Assembly (NCBI RefSeq): GCF_009914755.1 | Contig: NC_060940.1 | Source: the human T2T-CHM13v2.0 reference genome, Homo sapiens | Length of the DNA: 64,000 nucleotides | Direction: 5' to 3' (one strand) | In this document: piece after piece, positions 1 through 15,193 of the stretch | Layout: every line of letters starts with the position of its first letter | Position numbering within the stretch: the first letter of the stretch is position 1 | Made by a program: the position numbers and the translations under genes | Notes under the pieces: generated by a model | What the model was told of the DNA's origin: nothing | Seen by the model: the letters and a program-made list of their open reading frames with translations, nothing else | The model's database searches: none

Positions 1-266
<266 letters not shown>

Positions 267-937
267 CTCACTAGTTACTCTGATGCAGGTTATTGTTGAA
301 ATAGTTTGGGTGTTCACTGGCCAGCTGGGAAGAAGCGGACAGAAACAGTTGCTTGCTTTTTGCCCCCAGGACAGCTTTGCTGATGGGGCTGGCAGAAGAT
401 ATGCTGAGCTAGGAAAGGTCAAATCATCAGAGAGTCTGGGAGGTGGGAAAAGCTGGACAAAGGAAAAGAATGACCTCGGGATCTTCCTGTCTGTACTTCC
501 TGTCTCCCCAGGAAGTGTCAGTCAGAGATTTTCAGGAAAGGGTGTTGTCATGGAAACCTGAATTGGCTCTTCCCCTCCAGGCTGTATGGGGACAAGTGCC
601 CTCATGTGCCCCAGCTGTCCCCAGGCTTGTGGAAGAGGGCAGTCAGTTTGAGTTTTCCGACGCACCGTGGAAAATCCAGAGCCGACAATGTCTGGGACTA
701 CAGAACCGGCGACAGCGTGCGGCAGGGATTCAAGTCCAGAATGCGGTGGAACCTGTTATGAACTAATTAAAATTTAATCTGCTAAAGCCATTTTCTCCAT
801 CATTTGGGAACCCTCTCTTGACTTCAGCAAGTTCCAAAGAGCCTCTCAAATAGAGGATGCTGTATTTTTGCACTTTTTTTCTCTGTGTATTAGATTTCAT
901 CCCCCCAAAAAAGCCCTTTTTAAAAAGGGATTCTAGA

Positions 938-1060
938 TAGAGTAGCCATATAATTTATCATCCAAACTGGGACGCTTTTGAGAGTGAAAAGAAGTGCTAT
1001 TAATAATTACTCTGGGATAATAGATACAAACTGGGCTGTTCCGGGGAAATGCCGAGGTAT
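938..1060 (+). mobile_element. MER94-like hAT-Blackjack DNA transposon fossil
   Basis: ccatataatttatcatccaaactgggacgcttttgagagtgaaa...tattaataattac matches recalled MER94 consensus. Confidence 0.75.
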
Positions 1061-1222
1061 CTTCAAGGAAACTGTAGGGTCAGGCACCGATCAAATGCAT
1101 CCACTGGGCTGAAAGCCTCAGGCAGAAGGAGCTCTGTCTGTGTGACTCTTGTGCCTTGGATAGTGCTTGGTCTACAGTGAATGTGTAAATCCACAGTTGT
1201 CCTGGGTGTGCCTTCTGAACAG

Positions 1223-1254
1223 AAAATGGCGGGGGGGGCGGGGTGGGGGGCGGG
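1223..1254 (+). promoter_or_regulatory. YY1-type AAAATGGCGG abutting GC boxes / G-quadruplex motif
   Basis: aaaatggcGGGGGGGGcGGGGtGGGGGGcGGG; four G-runs with 1-nt loops. Confidence 0.45.
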
Positions 1255-1583
1255 CAGAGTGAACCCAGACGTTCCTTGCAATTTCACAGCCGCAAAGGGG
1301 AATCTGTGTTCCTGCAGCGCAGGCAGGTACACGATGCATAAGCGTCTGTGTATTCTGTGTTTACTGATTCCTAACTGTTAGCAGTTAATTGCCATCTGTT
1401 GACACACCCTGAGGGGGAATGTTAAGCAGTTCTCGACATCTGCATATATATTCTCTGCCTACATATTTTACTAACTCTTGTTTATGGGACCCATTTCCTC
1501 AAATCCATGCTACTGTGCCCCTGATTTTGTAACATACACGTACCCGGTGTCAACCTTTGGGGTTGAATGGGCAAAAATGCCCT

Positions 1584-1724
1584 CCTCAACTGTTCCCAAC
1601 ACAAAGAAATACTAAATGCTTGAGATGATGGCTACCCTAAATACCCTAATTTGATCATTACACATTATATCAAAATATCACACCTACCCCATCAATATGC
1701 ACAATGATTATGTATCAATAAAAA
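1584..1724 (+). mobile_element. 5'-truncated L1MA-type 3' end
   Basis: tgttcccaacacaaagaaat...tttgatcattacacat...tatgtatcaataaaaaa; TSD 1566-1583 vs 1725-1742 (16/18 identical). Confidence 0.8.
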
Positions 1725-2667
1725 AATGGGAAAAAATTCCCTTTTGGGTCCGCCAGAGATGCTGACTGCAGACCGGGTCCTGCCCAGACTCGCCAGCCAC
1801 TCCATTTCCCACCCCTCCTCCACCCGCCTGCCGGGTCCTTCAGGAAGAGTGAAATGGTCCATTGACCCCTGAGGAGGAAAAGAGCATGTTCGGCCTTTTG
1901 AGAGGTTATGGACACTCTGAGTGACACCCGAGCCCAAGCCTCCAACAGCAAGTCCGGCAGCCCCGGGGTGCAGGGGCGAGGCCCGGCCTTGTCTCTGCCA
2001 TCCACGTGTAATCTGGCCCTGAAACTGACCAGCTCCGACGCCCTCCTTCCTCCTGCCCGCCAGGCGCTTCGTGTTCTTCCCATGTCTTGGGAGAGATCCG
2101 TCTCCTTTGACAGACTCAAGATTCCAGGCCGAACTTTCCCATGCCACCGTCCCTCAAAATAGCCCCAGCCGAGCTGTATTTATAGCCGTGTGAGACTCTA
2201 ATGGGCCAATTTGTTTGAATTTCCACTGCTTTTGTGTTGAACTTACCCCTCTCCTGTGGGCAGTCTCTTCAGGCCTTTATTGATGGGGTGTGTGAGGATG
2301 GCGTAGGCCGTGTTCAAGATGGTAGCTCTATAGAGCGTGGGGGCTGTTTTGCATATTTACTGTTCTTTAAAGCCGGTTTTTTGAGAGAGAGAAAGAGACA
2401 GAGAAAGAGGTTTCTGTAAGTAGCCCGGACAATGAGAACAAGACCGGCTGTATGCCAAGCACGGGATCCCGGCCAAAACACATATCATTAGCTTGGACCA
2501 GCTATAAGCAAGGAAATGAGAAACATATGCTAGGAGCAAGGTTAGGAGTGAAGGACCATGGGTCATTGACAGTCGCCCTAAAACTTTTCCCTTGTTCTTC
2601 AGCTGTGGCCTGGCGGTGTCAAATGTCATTTCGACTGCCTTGATTTCTCATGGTGGGGCTGCCTGTG

Positions 2668-2763
2668 GTTTTTTTTTTTTTTTTTCTTTCTTTCTTTCTC
2701 CCCCTGCTGTTTCCTGATGGGACTGTTTTTTTGTTTTTTTTTTTGTTTTTTTTTTTTTTTTTT
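2668..2763 (+). repeat. Clustered poly-T tracts
   Basis: Two long T-rich runs not attached to an Alu body. Confidence 0.85.
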
Positions 2764-2986
2764 GGGAGGGGAAAAGAGAACAGTCAGGGAAGGGCTTATG
2801 TGATAGTTTTTCTCAGTTCTGGGAAAATAACCTTGTTTCCTGTGATGCACTCTTCAATTCCTCACTTTCTCTGAAGCAACGATGTCTCTGGGTTTTGGAT
2901 CCATACTGGTTTGAGAGGGGAAGACTGAGGGGAGGCTTTTAAAGCAGTTCTTGCTGTTTCTTTCTTAAATATAATTAGATGCGCCT

Positions 2987-3180
2987 CATTACCTCACACT
3001 GAAGGACTTTTGTACTTTTTCGAGCTGTGTTTTCTGAGATCTTCCGTGGGCGACGGCTTGTCGTTTCCACTTGCAGTTAATTGCATTAGCAGGTATTTTC
3101 CCCCCGCCCCTCCCGCCCCGGCATATTTGTCCTCTCTTCTCGCTCTCCCCAAGATATCTGGAGTCGATTTTGCGAGTCCG
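2987..3180 (-). promoter_or_regulatory. Candidate minus-strand promoter / first exon
   Basis: Tandem GC boxes 3102-3119, retained CpGs, minus-strand donor AG|GTAATG at 2993/2992. Confidence 0.35.
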
Positions 3181-4002
3181 AAGGCCACACCCAGGGAGTC
3201 TGCTTGTGCCTGAACGTGATGAAGGATCTGGATTCCTTTGGCCCTTCCCAGTTTCCCTTTCCTCCACCTCATTCTTTTTTCTTAAAGTCTTCCCCGGACA
3301 GTTTACTAACAATGCTCTGCTCTCTTGCACTCCAAGGTCAGGACCCCTGTTCCCTATAAAACCCAGATGAAGAACTGTATCCATGCAACTCAGAGGCGGT
3401 CCCTGGAGAGCATCCCATGTGGCTACTGTTCTGAAACGACCACAACCGCCCAGGAAACTCACCAGGCTCCGACACCCAGGTTTGGCCAAAGTCACAAGAT
3501 AGCCACGGATATACCCTGCCATTCCCATGAAGGGAACGCTATAGAAGTGGGGGCGCAGGGCAGTTGCAAGCCTGTATGGCAGAAAGGGGAAGGAATAAAA
3601 TGCTCTCCCATAAACCCCTTCGGACCTTCATTCCTTTAAGATTTAGGGAATGGTGTTGGGGTGGAACCATGTAAAATAATTAAAACATTCGGTCCCTGTT
3701 TATCTTTTGCTTCCTTCTCTGTGCCTTGTTCTGAAAATAAACTTTGCAGTTAGTTTCCGGGCTCCCAAAATTCCCAAGTGTGTGAGCGTCCTCAAGGCTT
3801 TGGGCAGAGTTAATGACCGGCTTGAGGTTCACTGGACGTGTTTCCCCCAGGCGAGCCACCTTTTTTTCCTTAACTTCAGTTTCTGGGTAGCAGATCTCTC
3901 TTCTCTTCATGGAGACCTTCCTGGTCACAGGAGGAAACCTCACTTGCTGATGCCTTCTAAGGCCTCAGTGGATCAGGAATGGGTGGTGTGTGTGTTCACA
4001 CA

Positions 4003-4003
<1 letters not shown>

Positions 4004-4035
<32 letters not shown>
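4004..4035 (+). repeat. (AAC)n microsatellite
   Basis: About 10 perfect AAC units. Confidence 0.95.
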
Positions 4036-4459
4036 AAGGAGGAATAAGGGCTGCCAAACCGCAACATGCAGGCAACGGGCATTTAAGTTTTATATTGACA
4101 GCGAGGCAGGATCCTGGTCAGATACCTGAAACTCTTCCAATTTCAAGGAATCTATTCCGCGACTCTCTCTCTTCCCTGTCTTTAGTGGTAGAAGGGGGCT
4201 GGTATTAGGTTTGAGTTCACGTGTTTTCTTTTTGCATCCTCACTGCTTGGGCTGCCTCTCAAATCTCCACACAGCCAAAACCTGCCTCCAACCCACCATT
4301 TCCTGTCAACTCCTCCACTGTAACCCTCCTGGCCCAGTCACATCTCCTCTTGCTGGAAACCTGTAATGCCTTCTACATGGTCCCCACACTCTTCTCCTGC
4401 CCCATTGCAGTCCGCTCATCAATGAGCGACCCAGAGGGATCCTTTAAAAACCCAAATCA

Positions 4460-5207
<748 letters not shown>

Positions 5208-6838
5208 CTAGCCTCATTTTCATCACCAGTAGAGTGAGGATGTAACAACGCCTGCTCAGAGGGCTGGGAGGAGTAAGTGCATTAACACACACAAAACATC
5301 TAGACCAGGGTCTGGCCATGATAGGTGCTCGATAAAGGGAAGTGCCATTAACAGTTTACTTCTTTGAATTTGCCAAGGACTTTTCCCGCTTCAAGACCTC
5401 ACAAAAGCCTCTGTCACTTATCATTTCCCCTTTATATGGCTGGCTCTTTTTTATCCTTTGGGTTCAAGTTTACATGTTAACTCTTTAGAGATCTTCTCTA
5501 ACCAGTCTATTCAAATACATTCCCAACGCTTGAACCCCCATTCCCATTATTTTCTCCTACAACACCCTGTCTGTTTCCTTCAAAGCACTTTTTCCAACTT
5601 GGGATGACAAATGATTTTTTACTTGGGGGGCAGGGCTATGTCTAATAATCTTATCCAGCACAAGGAATATTTGTGGAATGAATGCATAAATGAATGAATG
5701 TAACTCCTTACCTTTCTTCTGCTAATACCAGAGCCATCCCCAACCCACCTCGTCGGCTATGCCAATTCTCCTCTCCAAATCCTGTATTTACTTATTCTCT
5801 CATCCTTTGGCATTATTGACTCTCTGGTCTCTTGGCAATGGAAAAACCTCTAAACCATCTAGCACCGTCCCATCACTCTAGGAGGCTCACACTTTCATTT
5901 ATATGTAAATGATAAATAATAGAATATGTAACGCCCAGAATAAGTTCAATGACTAATGACTCCTCATCTGCCAAGTCAGAAGGGTTTGGGGATGAATTAA
6001 CTCATCAACTACCATTAAGAGATCAATGTCAATGCAATTACTCCATAAATATCCAAGATCAGGTATCTTACAGTGCTACCTGAAAGTCTCAAGTGATGAT
6101 AGGAAGTCAAGTGCAGGTGAAAGCATAGTTCCCATTTTTGTTCCTTATCACCTCCCTTTATGTGAGTACACTGTATTATATTGAAGCTGAGTAACATGAG
6201 CTAAGGAGGAGTAACTTGACCTGTCCTCATGCATCTCTCTTTCTTGCTCTCTTAGCCAAGAATACCAAGATGGAAAATGCCCTCGGCTGAATTTTTTATT
6301 ATTTATTGATTGATAGCCTTCTTCTTCTTCTCCTTTTTTTTTTTTTTTTCCTTAAACCTCCATGCACTTTGCTAATTACTTCTCTGGAAATCATTTCCCT
6401 TTACCATTCTCCAGAATGCTGCCACCTTTGGGAAGGAACGTGGCAGTGTGATAAAATGTAGGCTAGACAAGAGCTAAGAGTGGAAAAAAGTCTTCTTCTT
6501 GATGTGCTGGTCCAGCCCTATCCTGCCATCTAATATGCTGGGAATGCAATGATGTAATAATGAGAACAAGCACAAGGCTTGCATCAGAGCAATTTTTTTC
6601 ATCCACAGAATAAGCATAAAGGAAAGTGCCTTCATCATTTCATCTTCGGCCCCACCTAGATTTGCAGCATCAGCATGACTAAGTCATGGAAGCAAGCTGA
6701 TTTCATCAGCACATTGGAGGCACTTGGTCCAATTAATGTGACTTGAAGGTGACATTTGTATATCCCTCAGACCAAAATACTCAATGACGTGAGTTATTAG
6801 AAAAAGCCCAAATAACGATTAATTCCTAAAATTAATAT

Positions 6839-6967
6839 CTGCACTCCAGCCTGGGCAACAGAGCAAGACTCCGTCTCAAAACCAACCAACCAACCAGCCA
6901 ACCAACCAACCAACCAACCAAATACCCAAGTCAAATTCAAATTGAGTGAGATAATGGTTGGAGGGAA
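6839..6967 (+). other. Composite templated insertion: Alu 3' end + (CCAA)n + aaatacccaa joined to a copy of 8701-8734
   Basis: Direct matches to 4713-4783 and 8701-8734; aatatct on both sides (6834-6840, 6974-6980). Confidence 0.8.
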
Positions 6968-7875
6968 AATAAAAATATCTTCCATTCTATGCAAAAGAGG
7001 CTCCAGTGCTTTGTAGCTGTTTGAATGGGTAGCAGATAAATGGGGTTTTTGGAAATGAACTTTCTAGAATTTTATAGTGAAAACTTGCGGAACAAAAGAG
7101 AATACTAATGTTAAAGGGGAAGGAGAAAATGTTTCTTTAATGTGACACATATCGTCATAATGGCACCTTACATTTAGAGATTACTTTTCTTTGGAAGCGT
7201 ATGAAACATTATGTGCACAGCATTGTGAGCCGCAAGAACATAGGTATCCCTACTTTAAAGATGGGAAGAACAGATTCACAGATGTGATCTTTCCCAAAAT
7301 ACACAGAACACTGGCATACAGCCAATATGGTTATATTACCATTCAGGAGTTTCTGTGTTTCCACAGATCTCAGACTAGACCAAATACAATTTTTTGGGTA
7401 GTGGACTTGAATAGAAGAGGCAGCCAATTCCTATTTAACTGAACAAAGAAAGTAAATGTTGATTGTGTTTCTACTACATATAAAGAGTAGGAAAGGGATA
7501 GGCCTTGTTCTCAAGGAATTTATAGCTTAGTGGAGGAGACAGACATATGAGCTCACTTTAATGCAAAGCACTGTTAAATAAAGCATTGAGCAAGGGACAC
7601 TGACAATTAGTTGTGGAGGCGCGGTAGGGAAAGAGCTGCTGCGAACAGGGGCTGCTATGACAGTCAGCCTCACGTGAAAAACAGAAAGACCCACCAGTCG
7701 GGGCAGGCTACCTCTCTGCAGGCATCAGGGAATCCTTCTAGCTTCCTTACTCTGAGCTGAGATCTACCTAACTGTAGCTTCCACCAGGTGCTTCTAGCTT
7801 TGTCCTCTGAAGCAATGTAAATTAGTTTAATCCCTCTCCCACACACCATCCTTCAAAATTCTAAATGTGGATGAC

Positions 7876-8162
7876 TTTTTCTTTTTTTTTTGAGACAGGG
7901 TCTCACTCCGGAGTACAGTGGTGTGATCCTGGCTCACTGCAACCTCTGCCTCCTCAGTTCCAACAATTTTCCTGCCTCAGCCTCCTGAGTAGCTAGGATT
8001 ACAGGCACCCGCCACAACACCCAGCTATTTTTTTGAATTTTTAGTAGAGATGGGGTTTGACCATGTTGACCAGGCTAGTCTCAAACTTCTGACCTCAAGT
8101 GATCCGCCTGCCTCGTACTCCCAAAGTGCTGGGATCGCAGGCGTGAGCCACCGCGCCTGACC
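7876..8162 (-). mobile_element. Alu (AluS-type) with small right-arm deletion
   Basis: Antisense Alu; tgtcgcccagg missing after tctcactc; gatgac on both flanks. Confidence 0.93.
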
Positions 8163-8372
8163 ATAGATGACATTTCTTTCCTTCTCCCCAGTGCCCCTAC
8201 CCCAAAGACTCCTTCATCACTTTCCTCTTTTGGATTAAATGTGCCAATTTCTTCAACTCATTTGTCTATGGCATGATTCCCCAGTCCTTCACTCTCTAGC
8301 ATTCTTCTCTTGATAAATTCCACTTTATTCACGTTCATCCTTAAACATGGCATTGAAAATTCAACACAATAG

Positions 8373-8493
8373 TTTATTTTATTTTTATTTTTGTTGAGAC
8401 CAGGTCTCACTATGTTGCCCAGGCTGGTTTCAAACTTCTGTCCTGAAGCGATCCTCTCACCTTAACCTTCCAAATAGCTGGGATTACAGGCAC
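8373..8493 (-). mobile_element. FLAM-type Alu monomer
   Basis: T-rich tail, gtctcactatgttgcccaggctgg...gctgggattacaggcac. Confidence 0.85.
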
Positions 8494-8549
8494 AGAAGCA
8501 TGGCAGAAGCAATATAATATTTTAGATATGTGTTGACTAGTGAGTCAGT

Positions 8550-8622
8550 TCCATCCCATTATCCGTCCATCCATCCTCCCATCTATCCATTCATCCATCC
8601 ATCCATGCACCTACCCACCCAA
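8550..8622 (+). repeat. Degenerate (CCAT)n
   Basis: ccatcccattatccgtccatccatcc...ccatccatccat. Confidence 0.8.
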
Positions 8623-10350
8623 CGATACGTAAATAAGCTTTTGTTATATGAAGCACTGTTTAGTCACTACAGGGGATACAATGATGAAAATTGTAAATGA
8701 AAGTCAAATTGAGTGAGATAATGGTTGGAGGGAACCATGCTCACACCAACATAACCAAAGATTTTATTAGTATTTTTGGCAGCCGTAACTCATACAGTTA
8801 GCATCTACTGACCTTGTGGATACCTGGACTTCTAATATATTCTCACCAAATTTATGTTTACACAGATTGCCCTTGTTTGGTGGCTTGGCATTTGATTTCT
8901 GGAACCAAAGTTCAGCACTATACATTGATTTTTACCATTTTAAGTTTCAGTCAACTGTTTACTTCATTGAGATCTTTTGGGAATCTAGATCCTGTCCTCT
9001 GACATCAAACCATTCCTTTTATTTCTGGGCCACCTACAAGTAACACAATTAGCTTAGCCCAGAACCTTGGGCCTTTCAAGACAGCTTTGACTCCACTCCC
9101 CTCCATGACTATCAAGTTTTCATTTCTTTGACCATCAAGGAGCTCATGAACAGTTTTGGTCAAAGGCTATATTGAAATCAAGATGCTGAGTGCCCAAAGA
9201 ATGTTACAAATTTACTAGCACAAGTGCCAAATAAATAAGTGCATTAATAAAAAAAAATAATAGAACTAAGTACCAGGCCTTATCCAACCCCATTTTTGTA
9301 GAGGGCTCAAACTGCTCACGTGGAAATTGGCAACTCTAGAAGGTTAGGGAAAGAGGGTCTCCCTGCTCAACTCAGAGACACTAAATCAGGAGATTAAGTC
9401 TCCAAGTTGTCTCTGGGGCTAGAGGGAATGAATAACAGGGTCCTTTATATGCATCTTGGATTTCTGCTTTTTAAATGAAATCCACTGGGCCCTATCAGTC
9501 TGTGGTTTGTCTGCTCCGCTTTTAGCAAACTCGAGATGGGGTTGCGCCGTGACTGGTTAGAGCATTTTGCCCTTCAGAAGGGGGACCCACTGACCCCTGA
9601 CCACAGCCTTGTCATACAGAGAGTGTCAGAGGCGGTCCAATTACCTAAGAGGACTGAGAAAAATCAAACAGAGCTCGGGCACAATGAGGGGAAAAAACAC
9701 ACAGCAGGCCCAGCTTTAGCTCCACTGCTTGAATTACCACTATGTCAATAGAAGGTGATAAATCAAGGGAGATATTTACTGATTAAAATTACAGACTCCT
9801 ACGGGAAACTGTATAAACAGATTGAAGAACAAAGCCTGCAGGGACTGAGCCCAGCCGAATCCATCCAGGCTTTGGCCAGTCGTTCCTGTTTCCAGCCAAC
9901 TCTTGGACCCAGGGGTCACTGAGAGAGCAAGTTGCTCCACGAAACGCAGGCTTGCTGTACACAGATCCAAATATTTGTAGGGAAAATTTAAAGGCATGTT
10001 GGGAAGAGATTCAGGGCTCATATCCATTCACAAGGAATCCTCTTATTTCATTCTTCTCTTTATTTTATTATTATTTTTTTGCCTTTACTCTGAAGTTTGG
10101 TCTAGACTCACTAGAAAGACCCAGAAAGCTGCTCTGTATACTCTACCTGCCAGCAGAGGTGCTGAGGCTACAAATACAGAAGGGAGGCGGATATAGGAGA
10201 CGTGAGTGGGCACGAAGCCACGCCCATCAGAGGTTCAAGAATTGCATGTGTAGCCAATCAACTTTCTATGCCAATCCACTGTGTTTACCCTCTCTGGGGT
10301 GCTCATGTTGGTGTTCCCAGGGGAAATGAATCTCTGCTCTGCCACCCTAG

Positions 10351-10686
<336 letters not shown>

Positions 10687-10793
10687 CACTGTGCTTCTTT
10701 AAATGGCATTCTCCTTGAGTCAGAGAAATACCTTTTGGGAATGTCTTGGAGTAATTTGTGTAGGCAGGGCTTTAGAAGCAAGGCTGCAGCTAG

Positions 10794-11114
<321 letters not shown>

Positions 11115-11886
11115 AGCTGCAGCTAGTTTTTAGAGCCCCATGGATTTCTTCTTGCCAGCTCTGTCTGTGGGATTAGGACCATCACCCCAAACCACTGTAT
11201 CCTGATAAAGGGCAGTATAGGTTTATGTCTCATGAATGGGGGAAACTCACAAAAGGCTGTTTAATGTCACCACTGGTTCCATTATTCATGAGTAGTCTCG
11301 GGGTTAAATTTTGCCCTTGTAACCCAAGTTCTATCCCCTCTTCTTGTGCCCTTGACTGTGAATATACAATCATCACTTAAAGAGAACTGAGCAAACGTGT
11401 TCTGGGACAAATGAGCTTTAATGATTGGGAGGTGGGAGATGATCATCTATGCAATGTCAAGAAATAACAGAAGTCTGTTGGGGATATAGTTCCCGTTAGG
11501 GCTGCTGTGTGTGGTTGGGCGTTCTGTGAACTATGTAAAGGCACCAGCTGAAGGCACAATTGTGGGCTGAAAGCAGCTGATGTTCTACCTGCCAATCTGC
11601 CATGCAAGCCCTGACTCAGGGTGGCATCCACCAAGAGGGACAGGTAACTTTTTCTTCACACTGAGGAGAAGTTGGTTATTCAAGCCAGCAGTCCTTCGGG
11701 TTTTGTTTACTGAGTGGGAGCACTCTTCTCTAATTGTTCCTCCAGAGGAGGGCAGCTTGTTTCATATGATACAAGGGTACAGAATAGGCTAGACAAGGCT
11801 CAGAATCTTCTGACCTTTTCCTCAGAGCTGGGAGGAAGTTCAGGTGAAGAAAATCCCAACTAGAGCATTCAGAAGCTCATCCTCTA

Positions 11887-13090
<1,204 letters not shown>

Positions 13091-14710
13091 TAGACGTTCA
13101 CCCTTTGCCTTTTAAAAGGCAGCAGTGGATAATAAAATGTCTGGAGAATGATCCTGGCTTGCTCTCTGGTCCTTTTGCAACTGGATTACTGTAAAGTGAG
13201 GTGGGTGTTTCTTTGTGTTTTCCCCCTGAAGGGGTCCATCCAATGTTCCCTGTCTGAGTGACTGAACTCCTTGTTCACGGCTGTCACTGAACCCATCTCT
13301 CTCCATCAGCCTCTGGAGATGGTTGGGGCTACAGCCCAGACTTCACACGCTGTCTTACGTTTGGGAAAACTCTGCGCTATCCTTTATTACTTTTTTTCCT
13401 AAAGGAAGTTATGTTTATAGCTGCTGTGCCTGACTGCTCTGCCCTCTGTGAGCCTCCTCTGAATGGTTTCCAGGGTGCGTCCTTATCTGTGAGCGGAAGT
13501 GCGTTTTGGAGATGGGGAGAAATTAATGACGATTTCGGGAGCTGGGAAGGTGAGGTCGGCTCCTGCGAACCGTGGGGGCGCTCTGATCTCGTTCTTATGC
13601 TCTGCTTGCTGAAAAAATCTCTCTTTGCCCTGGAATATCATGGCCTGGAGCCCTTTAAATTAAAAACAGTTGTGAAACTGGCAGCAATTTAGAACTTTTG
13701 CCAGCGCATGAATCTGTAAAGAGCAGGGCCTCAGGGATGCGGACCATGTGTCTCTAAAGAAGAGGCCTGGTCTGTGTCCTTGGCTTTGAGCACCCCAGGC
13801 TTTTGGTCTACTGCGTCTTTTCTCTCCTAGAGGTATATGGGCTCTTTCGGGTTGTGACCAGACCCTCCCTTCTGACCTCACCATCTACCCTGTCCCACCT
13901 CCAGGGGTGCTAGGGCTTGCCACGTGGCTCAGTGGTGTCACCAGTGTTTCCTCCAGTCAGTGATGGATGCGTCCAGGCAGGGGCCCACACCTCTACTTTC
14001 AGAGTGATCAAGAGACAGCAATGCAGCCACCTGCAGACCTTTGCAGCCAATGTGAATCCAAGCGAGGGTTTCATGGAAGACATTTTTGTCAGTTTTCAGG
14101 AGAAGGCAGTGGAAGTGGAAATGCCAGACAGACAATAAAATAGTGAGGTGAGGATGAGCCAGTAAAATTCCTTCTTTGTGTTTATGGCTTGGCTGCTTCT
14201 AAGCCAGGAGGTGCTCTGCCACTGCCCAAGTGGGGATTTATTTCAAATGGGCTCAGCCAGAGGGAAAGGCAGGTCGTGAGCCTGCGGGGCAGGTGGAGAG
14301 TCAAAATCTCGACTCTTCCTGGGAAAAACCTTCCTAGGGACACTCTCCCTAGCATTCCGGCCACCCCAGTGTGGGGTTCTTGCTTGCAGGGTCCTAGAAC
14401 ATCCTTGATTGCCTGGCATCTTTAATTAAAAGTGAAATCCATTTGCAAGGATGAGGAGGCCCAAGGATTCAATGTCAGTGAAACCCTATTTGGGAGAAAA
14501 AAAATGTCAAACATAAACCTGAAAACATAATTGTTCCCTTAATGAAATTCAGAGTGAATTTCAATTTTGACCTGAAATTCAACAGGTTATCCTGAGAAAC
14601 ATTCATTGATTATCTCCCGTGTGTGAAAGTAGGAACCAGGCTGGTGAGATCGGCAGGGCCGGTGCACAGCAGATATTGTGTGCAAAGTTAAGGAACATGC
14701 ACCATCTCTT

Positions 14711-14843
14711 TTTTTTTTTTTTCTGAGACAGCGTCTCAGTCACCCAGGCTGGAGTGTAGTGCTATCATCATAGCTCACTGCAGCCTTGACTTCCTATGCT
14801 CAAGTGATCCTCCTGCCTCAGCCTCCCTGGTAGCTGGGACTAC
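14711..14843 (-). mobile_element. 5'-truncated AluJ right arm / FRAM
   Basis: J-type tcatagctcactgcagccttgac; TSD acatgcaccatctctt / acatgtaccatctctt. Confidence 0.9.
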
Positions 14844-14943
14844 ATGTACCATCTCTTATAGGCAGTCAATATTTTAAAGAAGGGACGACCTGAGCAGAGC
14901 TGTGCTTTATAAGAGCCATATTAGAATGATGTTGAGGGCATAG

Positions 14944-15193
14944 GTGATGGCTAATATTTCTTGAACACCTACTATGTGCCGGGAAGTGGGTTGTCTTATT
15001 ATATGCAGTCTCTTTTAAAATCCCCATGTAACCGTATGAGGTAAGCATTATTCCTGTCCTCATTTTACCAAATGGCAACCTGAGGTTCAGGGAGGTTGAG
15101 ACATTTGTCCAACGTTGCACAGCTTGCAAGTGGCAGAGCAAAGGGCGGAACCCAAGTCTAACTGAGTCAAGAGCCCACACTCTTAACTACTAT
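14944..15193 (-). mobile_element. Near full-length MIR
   Basis: cacctactatgtgcc...cattttacca..aacctgagg..cagggaggt...gagcccacactcttaactactat. Confidence 0.85.

Larger units (their letters stand above)
7730..9200 (-). mobile_element. L3/CR1 LINE fragments interrupted by Alu, FLAM, (CCAT)n and L2 pieces
   Basis: L3-like gtagcttccacc..ctagctttgtcctctg..taatccctctccca..ccttcaaa and cttaaacatggcattgaaaattcaacacaata. Confidence 0.6.

Noticed and set aside
1389-1404. CTCF-like motif (also ~26462-26476 and ~37337-37351)
   Set aside because: Only partial matches; cannot be supported without PWM scoring or ChIP data
2989-3528. 179-aa minus-strand ORF
   Set aside because: No family resemblance; better explained as regulatory or UTR-like sequence
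10154-10207. Possible small plus-strand exon (cag...ac|gtgagt)
   Set aside because: Weak pyrimidine tract, stops in two frames, third frame unrecognisable; such sites are frequent by chance
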